DNA of 64,000 nt from a virus. Lineage: Duplodnaviria > Caudoviricetes. Location of the stretch: positions 64,001 to 128,000 of IMG/VR virus record IMGVR_UViG_3300011862_000001; one strand, 5' to 3'. The notes beneath the pieces were generated by a model. That model did no database searches. It was not told the DNA's origin and was given only the letters and a program-made list of their open reading frames with translations. The position numbers and the translations under genes were made by a program. This document shows positions 9,609-19,410 of the stretch, one piece after another (the first letter of the stretch is position 1; each line of letters begins with the position of its first letter).

Positions 9609-10196
9609 ATGGGGATGTGGAATAACCTATCCAGTGCCTACACGAAGCAAGAAGAAGGCAGTGGGATGTTTGAGTATTTCAGACAGAAGTTCGATTACGA
9701 ACGTATCGCCCCTGACATGATCGAACGCGTAAATGAGCACCGGCGTGAGCTGCTCTCCCTGGATATGTTTCGTAAGACGAGCGCAGCCGTACGTAAGCTG
9801 CGCTACAGCGATGGCACTGATTGCATTCGCCAGCTTACGGAAGTGGGTGAGTTCCAACACGCCAACTCATTGTTGCAGCCGTTCCTGGTAGCGATGCCGG
9901 AGTATCGTAAGCTGTATAACGAGAATCTGGCTACAGGGTACGAAACAGGCTTCTCCCAGTACGACCGTTATCGTGGTAATGCGTATATGCACACCGATGA
10001 TAACTATCGTGAGATGACGTCTGATTTCGCAACAGAGTATGACGAAGACAAGATTTGGCACTGGGTCTCCAATGAAGAACGTCAGCACTCTCTTAACAAT
10101 ATCGAGCGTGTCGAATTAACCATTAACCGCGTGCGGATGCGCGATATGGACTGGGAAGATAGCGATCCCTGCTCTGAACTGAACGCGTCCTGTTAA
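9609..10196 (+). CDS. conserved hypothetical jumbo-phage protein (195 aa)
   Basis: AGGAG RBS; followed by a terminator. Confidence 0.8.
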   Translation: MGMWNNLSSAYTKQEEGSGMFEYFRQKFDYERIAPDMIERVNEHRRELLSLDMFRKTSAAVRKLRYSDGTDCIRQLTEVGEFQHANSLLQPFLVAMPEYRKLYNENLATGYETGFSQYDRYRGNAYMHTDDNYREMTSDFATEYDEDKIWHWVSNEERQHSLNNIERVELTINRVRMRDMDWEDSDPCSELNASC

Positions 10197-10201
10197 TACC
10201 G

Positions 10202-10235
10202 TAGAAGGGGTCTAGGCAACCCCTTCTATTTTTTT
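10202..10235 (+). terminator. intrinsic terminator
   Basis: TAGAAGGGGT...ACCCCTTCTA stem and T tract. Confidence 0.85.
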
Positions 10236-10388
10236 CTTTAGGTTGGTTTTGCCTACCCGATCGTGAGTGGAAATTAAACGTCACGGATAATTTATTTGAG
10301 TAGTGCAACGCCTAACTTTACCGGCTGTAGCACGTCAATCTGCACCCTGGCAAATTCTATGTTGAGGTTCATGTTTGGATAGGAGTGG

Positions 10389-10775
10389 ATGATGGCAATC
10401 GCAGTGGGTACTGTTTCAACCCGAGGATGGGCACGCACCACCTCAGAAAAAATTACTGAACTGATGAATAACTACACCGAGGCGGGCTATAGCCAGTCGG
10501 TGATTTATCGGGACAACATTAAATCGTACGCCTTTGCCGTAGCGCAATATTGTCAGCAGCCTGATTTGCTGTGTCAGCAAGTAGAGGCAGACCTTCGTCG
10601 TCTATACGGTAATGTGTTTACCGAAGGCGTTGAAGTCGAGACGGCTTACGAGTTCTTACCTGACAGCGACATTCGCTACCGGGTGGTGATATCCCTGCGC
10701 GTTAAAGTAAACGGCGAATGGGTAGATGCCACGCGTTCTGTAAATGTTGACATGGAGAAGAAAGCAAGTGTCTGA
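10389..10775 (+). CDS. conserved hypothetical protein (128 aa; size and pattern compatible with a T4 gp25-like fold)
   Basis: AGGAG RBS; fold suggestion is tentative. Confidence 0.65.
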   Translation: MMAIAVGTVSTRGWARTTSEKITELMNNYTEAGYSQSVIYRDNIKSYAFAVAQYCQQPDLLCQQVEADLRRLYGNVFTEGVEVETAYEFLPDSDIRYRVVISLRVKVNGEWVDATRSVNVDMEKKASV

Positions 10776-11436
10776 ACAACAAATGGAAAACGCGGAAATG
10801 TATTCGCGTGATAAGATGAAAGCGAGCGAGGTGTATAACCTTGAGCGGGCGTTAGAAGTCGAGAAAGAGATTCTTGAAAATATCGACCCGATGGCGCGCT
10901 TCACGGAAAGCATGTTCCGTCGCCAAGCGTTACCTATCCTCACCGGTTTGCTGGATGATACCTTTGATCACAACCAGTACATTAACTGCGTGGGTTCTCA
11001 GTTTGTGCCGTTACAGGTGGTCGACGATGCCGATCACAGCAAAGTGCTGTTTACCATTCCAGCGCTGATGTATACCGGCGACACCCTGATGCACGTTGAG
11101 GGACAGCAATCGCTTACTGACGAATCGCTTGAAATCCAAAGCTATGCTGAGCTTATCCCCTCTGTGGGTGAGCAGGCCAAACACGACATGATAGTCGGTG
11201 TGTTGGACGGGATTGAAAAGCTGACGTATGAGCGTAATCGTCGTCGTGCGAAAGCCACGATTGACCTCCTCAACGGTCTCTTTAAACGCTACAACGCACA
11301 CGGTCAGATCCCGTATCCCGCAGGTATGGAAGATTTAGTTAACGCACCTGTGGAAGCGCAAAAGGCTGTGGCGGCAGTAGCCACCAACAAAGTGGAATTA
11401 AGTGATGGTGGAATCGAGGACGGCGCGGATCTCTAA
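10768..11436 (+). CDS. conserved hypothetical jumbo-phage protein
   Basis: Long ORF in the operon; start uncertain (GTG 10768 or ATG 10783). Confidence 0.7.
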   Translation: MSEQQMENAEMYSRDKMKASEVYNLERALEVEKEILENIDPMARFTESMFRRQALPILTGLLDDTFDHNQYINCVGSQFVPLQVVDDADHSKVLFTIPALMYTGDTLMHVEGQQSLTDESLEIQSYAELIPSVGEQAKHDMIVGVLDGIEKLTYERNRRRAKATIDLLNGLFKRYNAHGQIPYPAGMEDLVNAPVEAQKAVAAVATNKVELSDGGIEDGADL

Positions 11437-12589
11437 GCGTCCTGTTGCGTCGGCAATTGAAAAAATCTATCAGGTGCCCGCTCTCCCAGAGGGGCAAACG
11501 CGCATTGTCGTGTTGTCTGATGTTCACCTTCTGCACAAGCGGGTACCTACCTGGCACATCATCGCGGTACTGGAAAAGATGTTGGGTCAGGCCGCAAAAA
11601 CGGCAGCTGCAATTTATATAGCGGGGGATCTCTTTGACGACTCCCGCTATCTCCGTCAGGATGATTCTCAGGAAGCAGTTGGCTTCCTCACCTGGCTCCT
11701 CGAATGGTGTCGAGACCACAGAGTTGCGCTACGTATCCTCGAAGGCACGCCTTCACATGACCATGGCCAGAGTCGCATTGTCCAGTCTCTTAACCGAACG
11801 GTAGGAGCAGACTGCAAATATCTGGATGGGATTGGCATCTTTTACGATGAGGCCATACAAGCCACTGTCGGTTGGGTACAGGACGAATACAAGGACAGGG
11901 TTGCTGAGAATACTCAAGCTGAAATGGCGGAGTTAATGGCAACGCGTGGACTGGAGAAGGTTGACTTCTTCTTCATGCACGGCTGCTTTAAATTCCAAGC
12001 TCCAATTGAATCCCCACATTGGTTTGATGAGGACTTTTGGATATCACGTTGTCGATTAGGCATCTATATTGGCCATGACCATCGTGAGAAAGTCTATGGG
12101 ATTATCCGGGTGACCGGGAGTGTGGATAGGTTGGCACACGGTGAGAATGAAGACAAAGGCATGACTATTGTCGACTTCACTGCCAGCGCCGCGAGGAATT
12201 ATTTCTTCGTGAATACCGACGCGTGTCCACAACGCGCGGTCGACGCTATGGAGGACTACGACGCGCAGTATGCGGCGTGCCTTGAAGCTTTGGCCTTTAT
12301 TGATACGCACCCATCGGCAGCCATTGGCCGCTTTAAAGTCGAGTATCATACTGGCTCACCCATCGCTGACCACGTCAGCCGTTGGAAACGGGAATACGCT
12401 TTCCATATCGAGGGTAAGCGTGTTAACACCGCCGATGAGGAAGAGAAACTCATCGCCGTATTCTCTACCGAAGCACAGGTAGATGAAAAGATTGCGCCAG
12501 ACAATGTCGAGCGCCTTCTGCTAAAAGAGATGACGGGAATGAAGTACGATCCCGATATCGTGACTGATATCATTAGGAGCATCCAATGA
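11402..12589 (+). CDS. sbcD: SbcD/Mre11-like metallophosphoesterase nuclease
   Basis: Calcineurin-like motifs LSDVHL, AGDLFD, EGTPSHD, MHG, GHDH; start codon uncertain. Confidence 0.85.
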   Translation: MMVESRTARISKRPVASAIEKIYQVPALPEGQTRIVVLSDVHLLHKRVPTWHIIAVLEKMLGQAAKTAAAIYIAGDLFDDSRYLRQDDSQEAVGFLTWLLEWCRDHRVALRILEGTPSHDHGQSRIVQSLNRTVGADCKYLDGIGIFYDEAIQATVGWVQDEYKDRVAENTQAEMAELMATRGLEKVDFFFMHGCFKFQAPIESPHWFDEDFWISRCRLGIYIGHDHREKVYGIIRVTGSVDRLAHGENEDKGMTIVDFTASAARNYFFVNTDACPQRAVDAMEDYDAQYAACLEALAFIDTHPSAAIGRFKVEYHTGSPIADHVSRWKREYAFHIEGKRVNTADEEEKLIAVFSTEAQVDEKIAPDNVERLLLKEMTGMKYDPDIVTDIIRSIQ

Positions 12590-13410
12590 GTCCCATTAGC
12601 GTTGATCGCAAATTTGGGAGTTATCCGATATCAATCGCCGGTTCGCTGGCGATGGAAGGTTTGTTGCACACCGGCGAATTTGCCGAACGCGATGGCAAAA
12701 TTGTCATCGGCGATTATCAGGCTTTGTACCTGAACTTACGGACGCTATTCCGCAATGCATTTTACGCATTCGAAGAACACCGAGAACGCCTTACGCCCGA
12801 CGTATTGAAGACATGTATCGACGAAGATATTGAAAATATATTTGCCACCGCACGCGCGGTGGCCCCTTCGATGGTATGCGCTCTTTACGTGTGTGAGTAC
12901 CACACGGTGAACAAAGTCTTCCCCAAGGGAGACTTCCGAAATGCCAACACCCCGCTTCAGGTTTTCTATAATTCCGTTGAGCAGGATGTGTTGAAAATGT
13001 ATTTGCGCGAAGAGCCTCGTCGCGACGACTTCCATGTTTTTGATGTCTTCCCCAAAGGCGATAAAGACACCCTGCTATTAACCCACATGCCTGCCGATTT
13101 ATTGGCGGTAAAAGACTTCCCCAAACTGGGCCTGTTGGAATCCCACACCGGTGAAGTCAAAACGCAGCTGCAATGGAACAGCAAGCTGTACAATAAGCCG
13201 GAACGTATCCCGTTTAACAAAGGGTTCCTGACGCTCTTTGGTGACAACGTGATGTTCCACCCGCAAGACCGTAAGATCAGAAACGTGGTATTGAAAACGG
13301 CCGAGAAATATTCTTGGCATCCCAATACCACGATGGATCGTATCTACAACTGTTTGAAACTGGTCAATGAACCACACATCATCGACTACCTGCGTAAGCT
13401 AAATAGCTAA
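12586..13410 (+). CDS. conserved jumbo-phage protein, possible degenerate 5'-nuclease (FEN/PIN-like) fold
   Basis: AGGAG RBS, ATGA overlap with the sbcD-like gene; YLNLRTLFRNAF resembles the first strand/helix of 5' nucleases but lacks the Asp. Confidence 0.55.
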   Translation: MSPISVDRKFGSYPISIAGSLAMEGLLHTGEFAERDGKIVIGDYQALYLNLRTLFRNAFYAFEEHRERLTPDVLKTCIDEDIENIFATARAVAPSMVCALYVCEYHTVNKVFPKGDFRNANTPLQVFYNSVEQDVLKMYLREEPRRDDFHVFDVFPKGDKDTLLLTHMPADLLAVKDFPKLGLLESHTGEVKTQLQWNSKLYNKPERIPFNKGFLTLFGDNVMFHPQDRKIRNVVLKTAEKYSWHPNTTMDRIYNCLKLVNEPHIIDYLRKLNS

Positions 13411-13472
13411 CTTTTTACATCACCAGGGTATCATGTGTGATACCCCTAATTGACTACCGAAGGACCATCGCC

Positions 13473-14153
13473 ATGGGCATGAATACTGAACTCTTTAACA
13501 ATAAATGGTGCTATCCGCAGACTGAGCCGGATAACCAGGGAAAAACCCGTAAGCTGGGTATCGAACCAAACTTCTTCAAAGATAGCCAAGACTGCGAAGG
13601 GCTGAAATTCAGCTACTCCTTTGGCAAAGGCGAAGGGTTGTACTATAACGCTAACCCAGAAATTAGCCAGGCTATCTTGGATGCCCTGCGTGATGTGTTG
13701 CGTAAGTCTGAGAAGGACGTTATCACTATCGGTAACACCTCCGGTAACCGTGGCACCATTAGCATCTCCGTCGGTCGTGGTGATGATCTGGTACCGTTTA
13801 TCGCGATCTCAGGCGAAATTAACGGCCAGCGTCGTAGCAAGAAATTCTTCTTCCCGATCCCGAAAGGGTATATCATCAGCCGTAATGGTCAACCGATCAG
13901 CGATCTGGAAGCAGCTGAACGTATGGCGCGTGTCTTTACTGAACGCTACAGCAAGTTCCAGGAGTGGTTAGACAATTCCTATAAAGCCAAAGTGTGGAAC
14001 CCGACTGGCGGTGGTAACCCAGGCCGTGGTGGCTATAGCGGCGGCGGCCAAGGCGGTGGTGGTAACAATAACTACCAAGGCGGCAATAACAACTATCAAA
14101 GTGGTGGTGCAAGCCAACCGACGGCTACTGATAACTTCGACGACTTCGTGTAA
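13473..14153 (+). CDS. chmC: probable ChmC, phage-nucleus-associated nucleic-acid-binding protein (phiKZ gp67-like)
   Basis: Directly upstream of the gp68-like gene; beta-rich core and Gly/Asn/Tyr/Gln low-complexity tail (GGGQGGGGNNNYQGGNNNYQ) ending in acidic DNFDDFV, as described for ChmC. Confidence 0.72.
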   Translation: MGMNTELFNNKWCYPQTEPDNQGKTRKLGIEPNFFKDSQDCEGLKFSYSFGKGEGLYYNANPEISQAILDALRDVLRKSEKDVITIGNTSGNRGTISISVGRGDDLVPFIAISGEINGQRRSKKFFFPIPKGYIISRNGQPISDLEAAERMARVFTERYSKFQEWLDNSYKAKVWNPTGGGNPGRGGYSGGGQGGGGNNNYQGGNNNYQSGGASQPTATDNFDDFV

Positions 14154-14160
14154 CCGTAAC

Positions 14161-14188
14161 GTTCCCGCAGGGTTTTCCCTGCGGGAAT
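14161..14188 (+). other. strong hairpin after chmC (terminator or mRNA-stabilising stem)
   Basis: GTTCCCGCAGGG-TTTT-CCCTGCGGGAAT; no clear T tract. Confidence 0.55.
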
Positions 14189-14225
14189 ACGCCTGACTGA
14201 TCCCAGGCATATCGTACGGAATTTT

Positions 14226-14248
14226 AGATAGATATTATTTTAGTGAAT
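14226..14248 (+). promoter_or_regulatory. early promoter for the gp68/picA operon
   Basis: AGATAGATATTATTTTAGTGAAT, identical over 23 nt to 63846-63868. Confidence 0.75.
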
Positions 14249-14274
14249 ATAACTCTGTCGGAGCACTGACAATA

Positions 14275-15900
14275 ATGAAAATTGAAAAATATAAAGAGTC
14301 GGCCACCATCACTCACAATGACCAAACCATTGTGTTCGATGGCTTTCCGACCATCCGCAAGCCACAAGGCCCGGAAGTACGCGACGCTCACGGTAAGGTC
14401 ATTACGCGCGATCATCTCCTGTTCAGTGAACTTAATCATTACTGGGCACAGTTGTCCTCAGCGGCACAGGACGAAATCTTTGAAGCCTACACGTTCTTGA
14501 AAGCGATGGACGGTGAAAAAGACGATGTGTTACGTGAACACATGCCCAAGGTGATGGCGGTACTCGCCAAGCACCACACGTTGGAAGGGTTTATGAAGTT
14601 GTATCCCATCCACAAAGTGTTTATCCCAGAGAAGCTGCATACGTCGTTTAACGACATGTCGCCGAACTATACCGAGGCAATGACCTATATTGTCCCGGAC
14701 TATTATCAGCTGTTGATTCTGACGCTGATGGTGAAACCGTTTATGCCTGCTTTCGCTGTGCTCGGCGCATTCATTGGCGGTAAAGGGTTGTCACAAGAAT
14801 CCAAGCGTAAGGTGGTGTACAACATCAACCTGGCGTTTGAGATGCTGGCCCAAACTGAGGTGCTAAACCCAGCAGCCCTCACCAAACTGAGCTTGTTCTT
14901 AAGCAGCTTAGTCGAGAAGTTCCAGAAGGAGTTCGCCAACCGTTCGAACGGAACCAGCCTCGCGGTCCTCGCGTCGGTGTGCGGTTACGGGTCGGATATG
15001 CTGGACGAGTACCTGCTGGCACTGACCGTGATACGTATCCTCGCCCTGCGCCCAGGCTTTGCGGATTACCCGGATGGTCGCATGGAAGATAATTCTATTG
15101 TCTCCAGCATCTATTTTGGCATTAAGTCCGAAGTAGAGAGCGGCTTTGCTGGACGTATCTCTGGACAAAGTGTGCTGATGAAGCAACACCCGACCTCGGT
15201 GGTGTTCAACGGTGAGAAAGGTAAAGTCAGTGCGATTGATATCGTCACCGCGCGCAGTATTGCGCCGATGAAAGAACCAATCCGTACTGGGGTCGCTTTC
15301 CTTAATTACCGCCGCTTTATTAAATCGGCCAATCTCGATATGCCCCCTGCCGATGTCAAAGTGTTGATTGACTCGATGGTGGCGAACCACACCGGCGTAA
15401 CGTACGAACTGCATGAGTGGCTGACTGCGGCTGCCCTGCATCGTTATACCGAACACCGTTCTTTTAAGGACGTTGACCCCGATAAGTTCCCGTGGGGTAT
15501 GGCAATTGCTCAAGCTATCTATCTCAACTACGGCATGTACGAAGTTGCCCAGTTGTTGAGCTGTGAAATGCGTCCCGGCAATATCAGTGGTCATCCCATT
15601 GAGCCTATCGACAATGAAGTGAAAATATCTGTAGATAGATATTATCCACAGGCATACCGTCCTAATCGTAATCAGGATACTCAAAGCGTTGTACGTACAT
15701 CACTGGACCTTTTGGTGCGTAACCATATCAGTCCGTACTACTTCCATCTGAAAGCGACACCGGATGCGGCAGCCTTGCTGCACTGTGCACCCGATATTCC
15801 AGAGTACCGTCCTGGCGGGCGTATTCTGACGCAGTTAACAGAGTTTCTCGGCATTCAGGCGCGGGGCAAACTCAAAGAAGTTGAATGGTTCAACCAATAA
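14275..15900 (+). CDS. non-virion RNAP fifth (sigma-like, promoter-specificity) subunit, phiKZ gp68-like
   Basis: 541 aa, helical; position three genes upstream of nvRNAP beta C on the same strand; early promoter. No catalytic motif, so the call rests on synteny. Confidence 0.7.
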   Translation: MKIEKYKESATITHNDQTIVFDGFPTIRKPQGPEVRDAHGKVITRDHLLFSELNHYWAQLSSAAQDEIFEAYTFLKAMDGEKDDVLREHMPKVMAVLAKHHTLEGFMKLYPIHKVFIPEKLHTSFNDMSPNYTEAMTYIVPDYYQLLILTLMVKPFMPAFAVLGAFIGGKGLSQESKRKVVYNINLAFEMLAQTEVLNPAALTKLSLFLSSLVEKFQKEFANRSNGTSLAVLASVCGYGSDMLDEYLLALTVIRILALRPGFADYPDGRMEDNSIVSSIYFGIKSEVESGFAGRISGQSVLMKQHPTSVVFNGEKGKVSAIDIVTARSIAPMKEPIRTGVAFLNYRRFIKSANLDMPPADVKVLIDSMVANHTGVTYELHEWLTAAALHRYTEHRSFKDVDPDKFPWGMAIAQAIYLNYGMYEVAQLLSCEMRPGNISGHPIEPIDNEVKISVDRYYPQAYRPNRNQDTQSVVRTSLDLLVRNHISPYYFHLKATPDAAALLHCAPDIPEYRPGGRILTQLTEFLGIQARGKLKEVEWFNQ

Positions 15901-15911
15901 GGAGTATTATC

Positions 15912-17618
15912 GTGCTTTTACAAACCCTTGACATTTTCCCGGTCTATGAAGTTCCAGAGCAAATCCGTCGCCGTATTGATATCAACGGCACTACCGGTTC
16001 CCTTACCGAGCTTGCGGATATCGTAGCCCAGAAAGGCCAGTCTGCCACCGGCACGATGGAGTATCAGTCCGCTCTGTCAGGTGTGGTTGGCTTTGACCCG
16101 AAAAAAGACGGGTTCGAGCGCCCGTTGATTAATATCTCCGGTGATGACAAGTACGTCGCGCAGTTCAAATACGAATCGCGTGACACCGGTGTGTTTAACT
16201 TCGTGATGGTGTTGGTTGCCAATCCTATCAACGAAACCCGTTCGCAGGAAATGCGCTACGTGGTCACCGGTTATACCTCACAAGCCGAAGCGTCGCTGCT
16301 CGGTACCTTGCCGGAAGATATGGTGTTGTTCATTAACGACATCTTCGGGATTCAGACCTCGTATACCCGCAACAGCATGGGTGAACGTGTGGTCAACCCG
16401 AACGGCTTTATCATGGTCGACAACTATGTGCTATCGCGTGCACTGGCTGCCGGGGAGTATCAAGAAGCGAGCATCAACGCGATTAACATTACCAAGTCTG
16501 CGGACATGGTGAAGAAGCTGAACCTGGCTAATAACGAGCAGATTCATCTGACTGACGACACGCTGTTTGCGCCGGTGTCTTCTGTTACCCCAACCCTGTT
16601 GGCCGGTAACTTAACCCAGCCCACGAACTTCGTGACCGCTATCAGTAACTCTTATCTGAAAACCATGGGACGCGATGAGTCGCTGAATATGGTGGACAGC
16701 TTCTTCGAAGGTACCGGTGGTTCCTCTGTGGAGCAAGAGTTGCAGTCCATGGGTGTGGTGCGACAGTTCACCAACTACGAGCTCATCAAATCATTCCGCC
16801 AGGCATTGAACAACGCGACCGGCAACAGCCAGGAAGGTTGGAAGATATCTCAGCGGGCGAACTTCCGTCTGCGTGATTTGCGTGCAGCACTGTCCAATAG
16901 CTTTGATCTGGATAACATGTTGAGCCGTTCCTTGGCGATTCATCGCCGTAGCGGTTTAGGCCAGATTGAGCAAACGGATAACTGGGTAGGTAATCGTGGC
17001 TATTCTGTCGCCGGTTCATTGGTGGCGTACGATCTGGCAATGCAGTTGGGTGCGATTCTGTCGCGTGCGCTTATCGGTCGTGTGAGCTTTATGTTTGACA
17101 ACCGTGACGCGGACTTCACCCAACGTCCGGTACTGAACGTGTATGAGAACTCTGTGTCATCGTTAAGCGATGCGCAGCTCACTCGTGCACTGGCCGAGCG
17201 TTTCCACAACGATCTGCATAGCCTGTTCGTGAAGGTCAGTAAACATAACCATCTTCGTTTCTCCATGCATGTGGTTGCGATTCTCGGGTCGGTTACCCGT
17301 ATCGAAGTCACCATGGAAGGCGAGCTGCAAAAAGAGTTCTATACGTTTGCCGGATTTATGTCCTCACGTCTGCATGGCGGTAACACCACCAGTCTGGCGT
17401 ATGCAGGTAAACTGGCACAACAGACCAGCCTGTTGATGGAAGCGATAGAGAATGGCTTTGGTAGCTTTGAGAACAATCGCGGTGTTGAGCGCTTGAAGTC
17501 CAACATCCCGTCCCAACCAAATGGACTGACGGGCAATTCTCTTATTGACAGTATCGATATCCCATCTGACTTCTCTGGTCTGGGCGGGTTAGGTAAACGT
17601 AATAGCCTCCTGGATTAA
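15912..17618 (+). CDS. picA: probable PicA/Imp1 phage-nucleus protein import factor (phiKZ gp69-like)
   Basis: ~568 aa directly after the gp68-like gene; AGGAG RBS before GTG 15912; synteny-based. Confidence 0.65.
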   Translation: MLLQTLDIFPVYEVPEQIRRRIDINGTTGSLTELADIVAQKGQSATGTMEYQSALSGVVGFDPKKDGFERPLINISGDDKYVAQFKYESRDTGVFNFVMVLVANPINETRSQEMRYVVTGYTSQAEASLLGTLPEDMVLFINDIFGIQTSYTRNSMGERVVNPNGFIMVDNYVLSRALAAGEYQEASINAINITKSADMVKKLNLANNEQIHLTDDTLFAPVSSVTPTLLAGNLTQPTNFVTAISNSYLKTMGRDESLNMVDSFFEGTGGSSVEQELQSMGVVRQFTNYELIKSFRQALNNATGNSQEGWKISQRANFRLRDLRAALSNSFDLDNMLSRSLAIHRRSGLGQIEQTDNWVGNRGYSVAGSLVAYDLAMQLGAILSRALIGRVSFMFDNRDADFTQRPVLNVYENSVSSLSDAQLTRALAERFHNDLHSLFVKVSKHNHLRFSMHVVAILGSVTRIEVTMEGELQKEFYTFAGFMSSRLHGGNTTSLAYAGKLAQQTSLLMEAIENGFGSFENNRGVERLKSNIPSQPNGLTGNSLIDSIDIPSDFSGLGGLGKRNSLLD

Positions 17619-17627
17619 GGATAAATA

Positions 17628-18980
17628 ATGCACATCATTAGCTTCTACCAGTCTCAGCTGGAATCGTTGGGCTACGCGCGTGACGGCGATCTGCTGGTTT
17701 ACGCACAAGACGGTACGCCCGCCTACTTTACGTACAATAAAGAGAAGCGCCGCTTGGCGCTTCCTACCAGCGCCATGATCCGCAAGGGCATGGAAGATAC
17801 CAATGGCAACGAATGTCATGCGTATCACCCGCTGTGTGAGTCGGTGTTGCAGGGTGAATCCGGTACCATCCGCTTCTTGAAGAAAGCCATTCGCAATAGC
17901 CTGTGGTGTCGCAGTATGGAACTGATTGATGCCATCATGGAGATTTCCGCGTCTGGTAAATCTATCCGTGCAGCGGCGTACAAGAAGTTCATGACCGAAG
18001 TGATCTGCGAAGGCATCAAAGAGCCGAAGCTTGATGAAAAGCTCAAAGCCAGTTGGGTTGCGCTCAGTAATCATGTCGAATCCACAACGGATGTTAAGAA
18101 GCGTACCAATCTGTTTATCGCCTCTGACATGTCCGTTGACGGCTCCAAGTACGTGCGGGTCGCCAACTTCAAGCACATGTTTGAAGAAGAGACCCTGGAT
18201 GACACAGCGACTTACTTCGGTGTCAAGTTGAACCGTAAGCAAGACAAAGTGATTATTCATCGTCTGCTGATGGCGGTGTTCGGCTGGTATCCAAGCCTGT
18301 GTGGTTCCAATGACAACCGTCCGTACTTCGGTTGCCTGGCACGCGGTTGGGCGCAGTATGTGGTAAACTACAACCAGATTGTCAAGGGGCTGCGTGAACA
18401 CACAGCGCTGAAAACACTCAGTGATGAATGGATTGGTCAGCTGGACTCGTTGTCGCAATACGACAACGTGATTCAGACCCTGCCGTTCAACACCGGTTCG
18501 CAGTCTAAAGAACCGGGTCAGGATACCACCAAGCAAGAGTACCGCATTAAAGCACAACCGGATACGACACCGACACAGCGTTTTGCCTCGAAGGAAAACG
18601 ATGAGCCGAAAGACGAGCTGGATGCGTTCTTTAAGAAACGTCTGGGCACTAGCGATCGCAGTGGGCGTGTGAACATTGCAGCGCTGCCGTTGGTGCAACA
18701 GCAAGCGCTTCAGAAATACGGACAGCTTATCAGTCCGCAGTCTGAAGGTCCAAGCGTGATGGAACTGTCATTGGTGAAAACCCATGGCGGTCGCAAAGCG
18801 CAAAGCGTGCTGGGAACCATGTCGGAACTCACTGCTGCTACACAACAGACCGGTAACTCGCTGTTAGATGGCGGTGGTCCACGTCTGGCGGGTCTCGGCG
18901 GTGGTAATAACGGTCTGCTGAACACCGGGCCGCAGTTGGGTCCGATTAACGGTGGTACCAAAGACGGTTACCACTGGTAA
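17628..18980 (+). CDS. conserved Chimalliviridae core protein (phiKZ gp70-like)
   Basis: AAGGA RBS; FHPLxE-like motif (YHPLCES); disordered Gly-rich C-terminus; synteny. Confidence 0.65.
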   Translation: MHIISFYQSQLESLGYARDGDLLVYAQDGTPAYFTYNKEKRRLALPTSAMIRKGMEDTNGNECHAYHPLCESVLQGESGTIRFLKKAIRNSLWCRSMELIDAIMEISASGKSIRAAAYKKFMTEVICEGIKEPKLDEKLKASWVALSNHVESTTDVKKRTNLFIASDMSVDGSKYVRVANFKHMFEEETLDDTATYFGVKLNRKQDKVIIHRLLMAVFGWYPSLCGSNDNRPYFGCLARGWAQYVVNYNQIVKGLREHTALKTLSDEWIGQLDSLSQYDNVIQTLPFNTGSQSKEPGQDTTKQEYRIKAQPDTTPTQRFASKENDEPKDELDAFFKKRLGTSDRSGRVNIAALPLVQQQALQKYGQLISPQSEGPSVMELSLVKTHGGRKAQSVLGTMSELTAATQQTGNSLLDGGGPRLAGLGGGNNGLLNTGPQLGPINGGTKDGYHW

Positions 18981-19022
18981 AAAAATAAGAGAAAGAAGGG
19001 ACCGAGGTCCCTTCTTTTTTTC
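18981..19022. terminator. bidirectional terminator
   Basis: AAAGAAGGGACC-GA-GGTCCCTTCTTT between convergent genes, with A-rich and T-rich flanks. Confidence 0.8.
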
Positions 19023-19343
19023 TTACAATATCGTGTTCAATACCTCATTCACCGCGAGTGCTGACGGAACTATCAGGGTCTGGTATTTCTCCGCACTGAA
19101 TTGCAGCGGTTCATCGATCCGGTTTAGCAACATCACCGGGTAAACTTGAATGGGGTCGAGATCGATTAAATTACAGTAGGCGTAAAAGTTATGTACCTCA
19201 GGCCAGGCAAACTCCGGGTTAATCGGCACAATCCGGGTGTCTGGGTGCTTGCGCAGATACTCGGTGTGGTCGCGCAACACTCGGCGTTTGGTACTGTCCA
19301 CTGAAGGCACAACTTCAGCGAGGGTGATGAATTTGTCCAGCAT
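19023..19343 (-). CDS. small protein with LysM-like C-terminal pattern (T4 gp53-like baseplate wedge candidate)
   Basis: GAGGAG RBS; MLLNRIDEPLQF...TLIVP resembles the LysM N.I.DP..L..G..L.IP pattern. Confidence 0.55.
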   Translation of the reverse strand: MLDKFITLAEVVPSVDSTKRRVLRDHTEYLRKHPDTRIVPINPEFAWPEVHNFYAYCNLIDLDPIQVYPVMLLNRIDEPLQFSAEKYQTLIVPSALAVNEVLNTIL

Positions 19344-19355
19344 AAGCTCTCCTCG

Positions 19356-19386
19356 AAAAGATTACGAATATATATTATCCTGGTGG
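19356..19386 (+). promoter_or_regulatory. early promoter for nvRNAP beta C / beta' C genes
   Basis: AAAAGATTAC...TATATTAT-N4-GTGG. Confidence 0.7.
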
Positions 19387-19410
19387 AGTAACCAAAAGGA
19401 GTATTAATCA

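Noticed and set aside
10236-10388. Possible ncRNA or minus-strand ORF (10123-10308) in a ~150-nt gap
   Set aside because: No convincing structure, RBS or repeat; probably a promoter region.
13473-14153. Classical OB-fold SSB (Gly-rich linker plus acidic tip)
   Set aside because: No SSB core motifs recognised; position before the gp68-like gene and the N/G-rich tail fit ChmC better, although ssDNA binding is not excluded.
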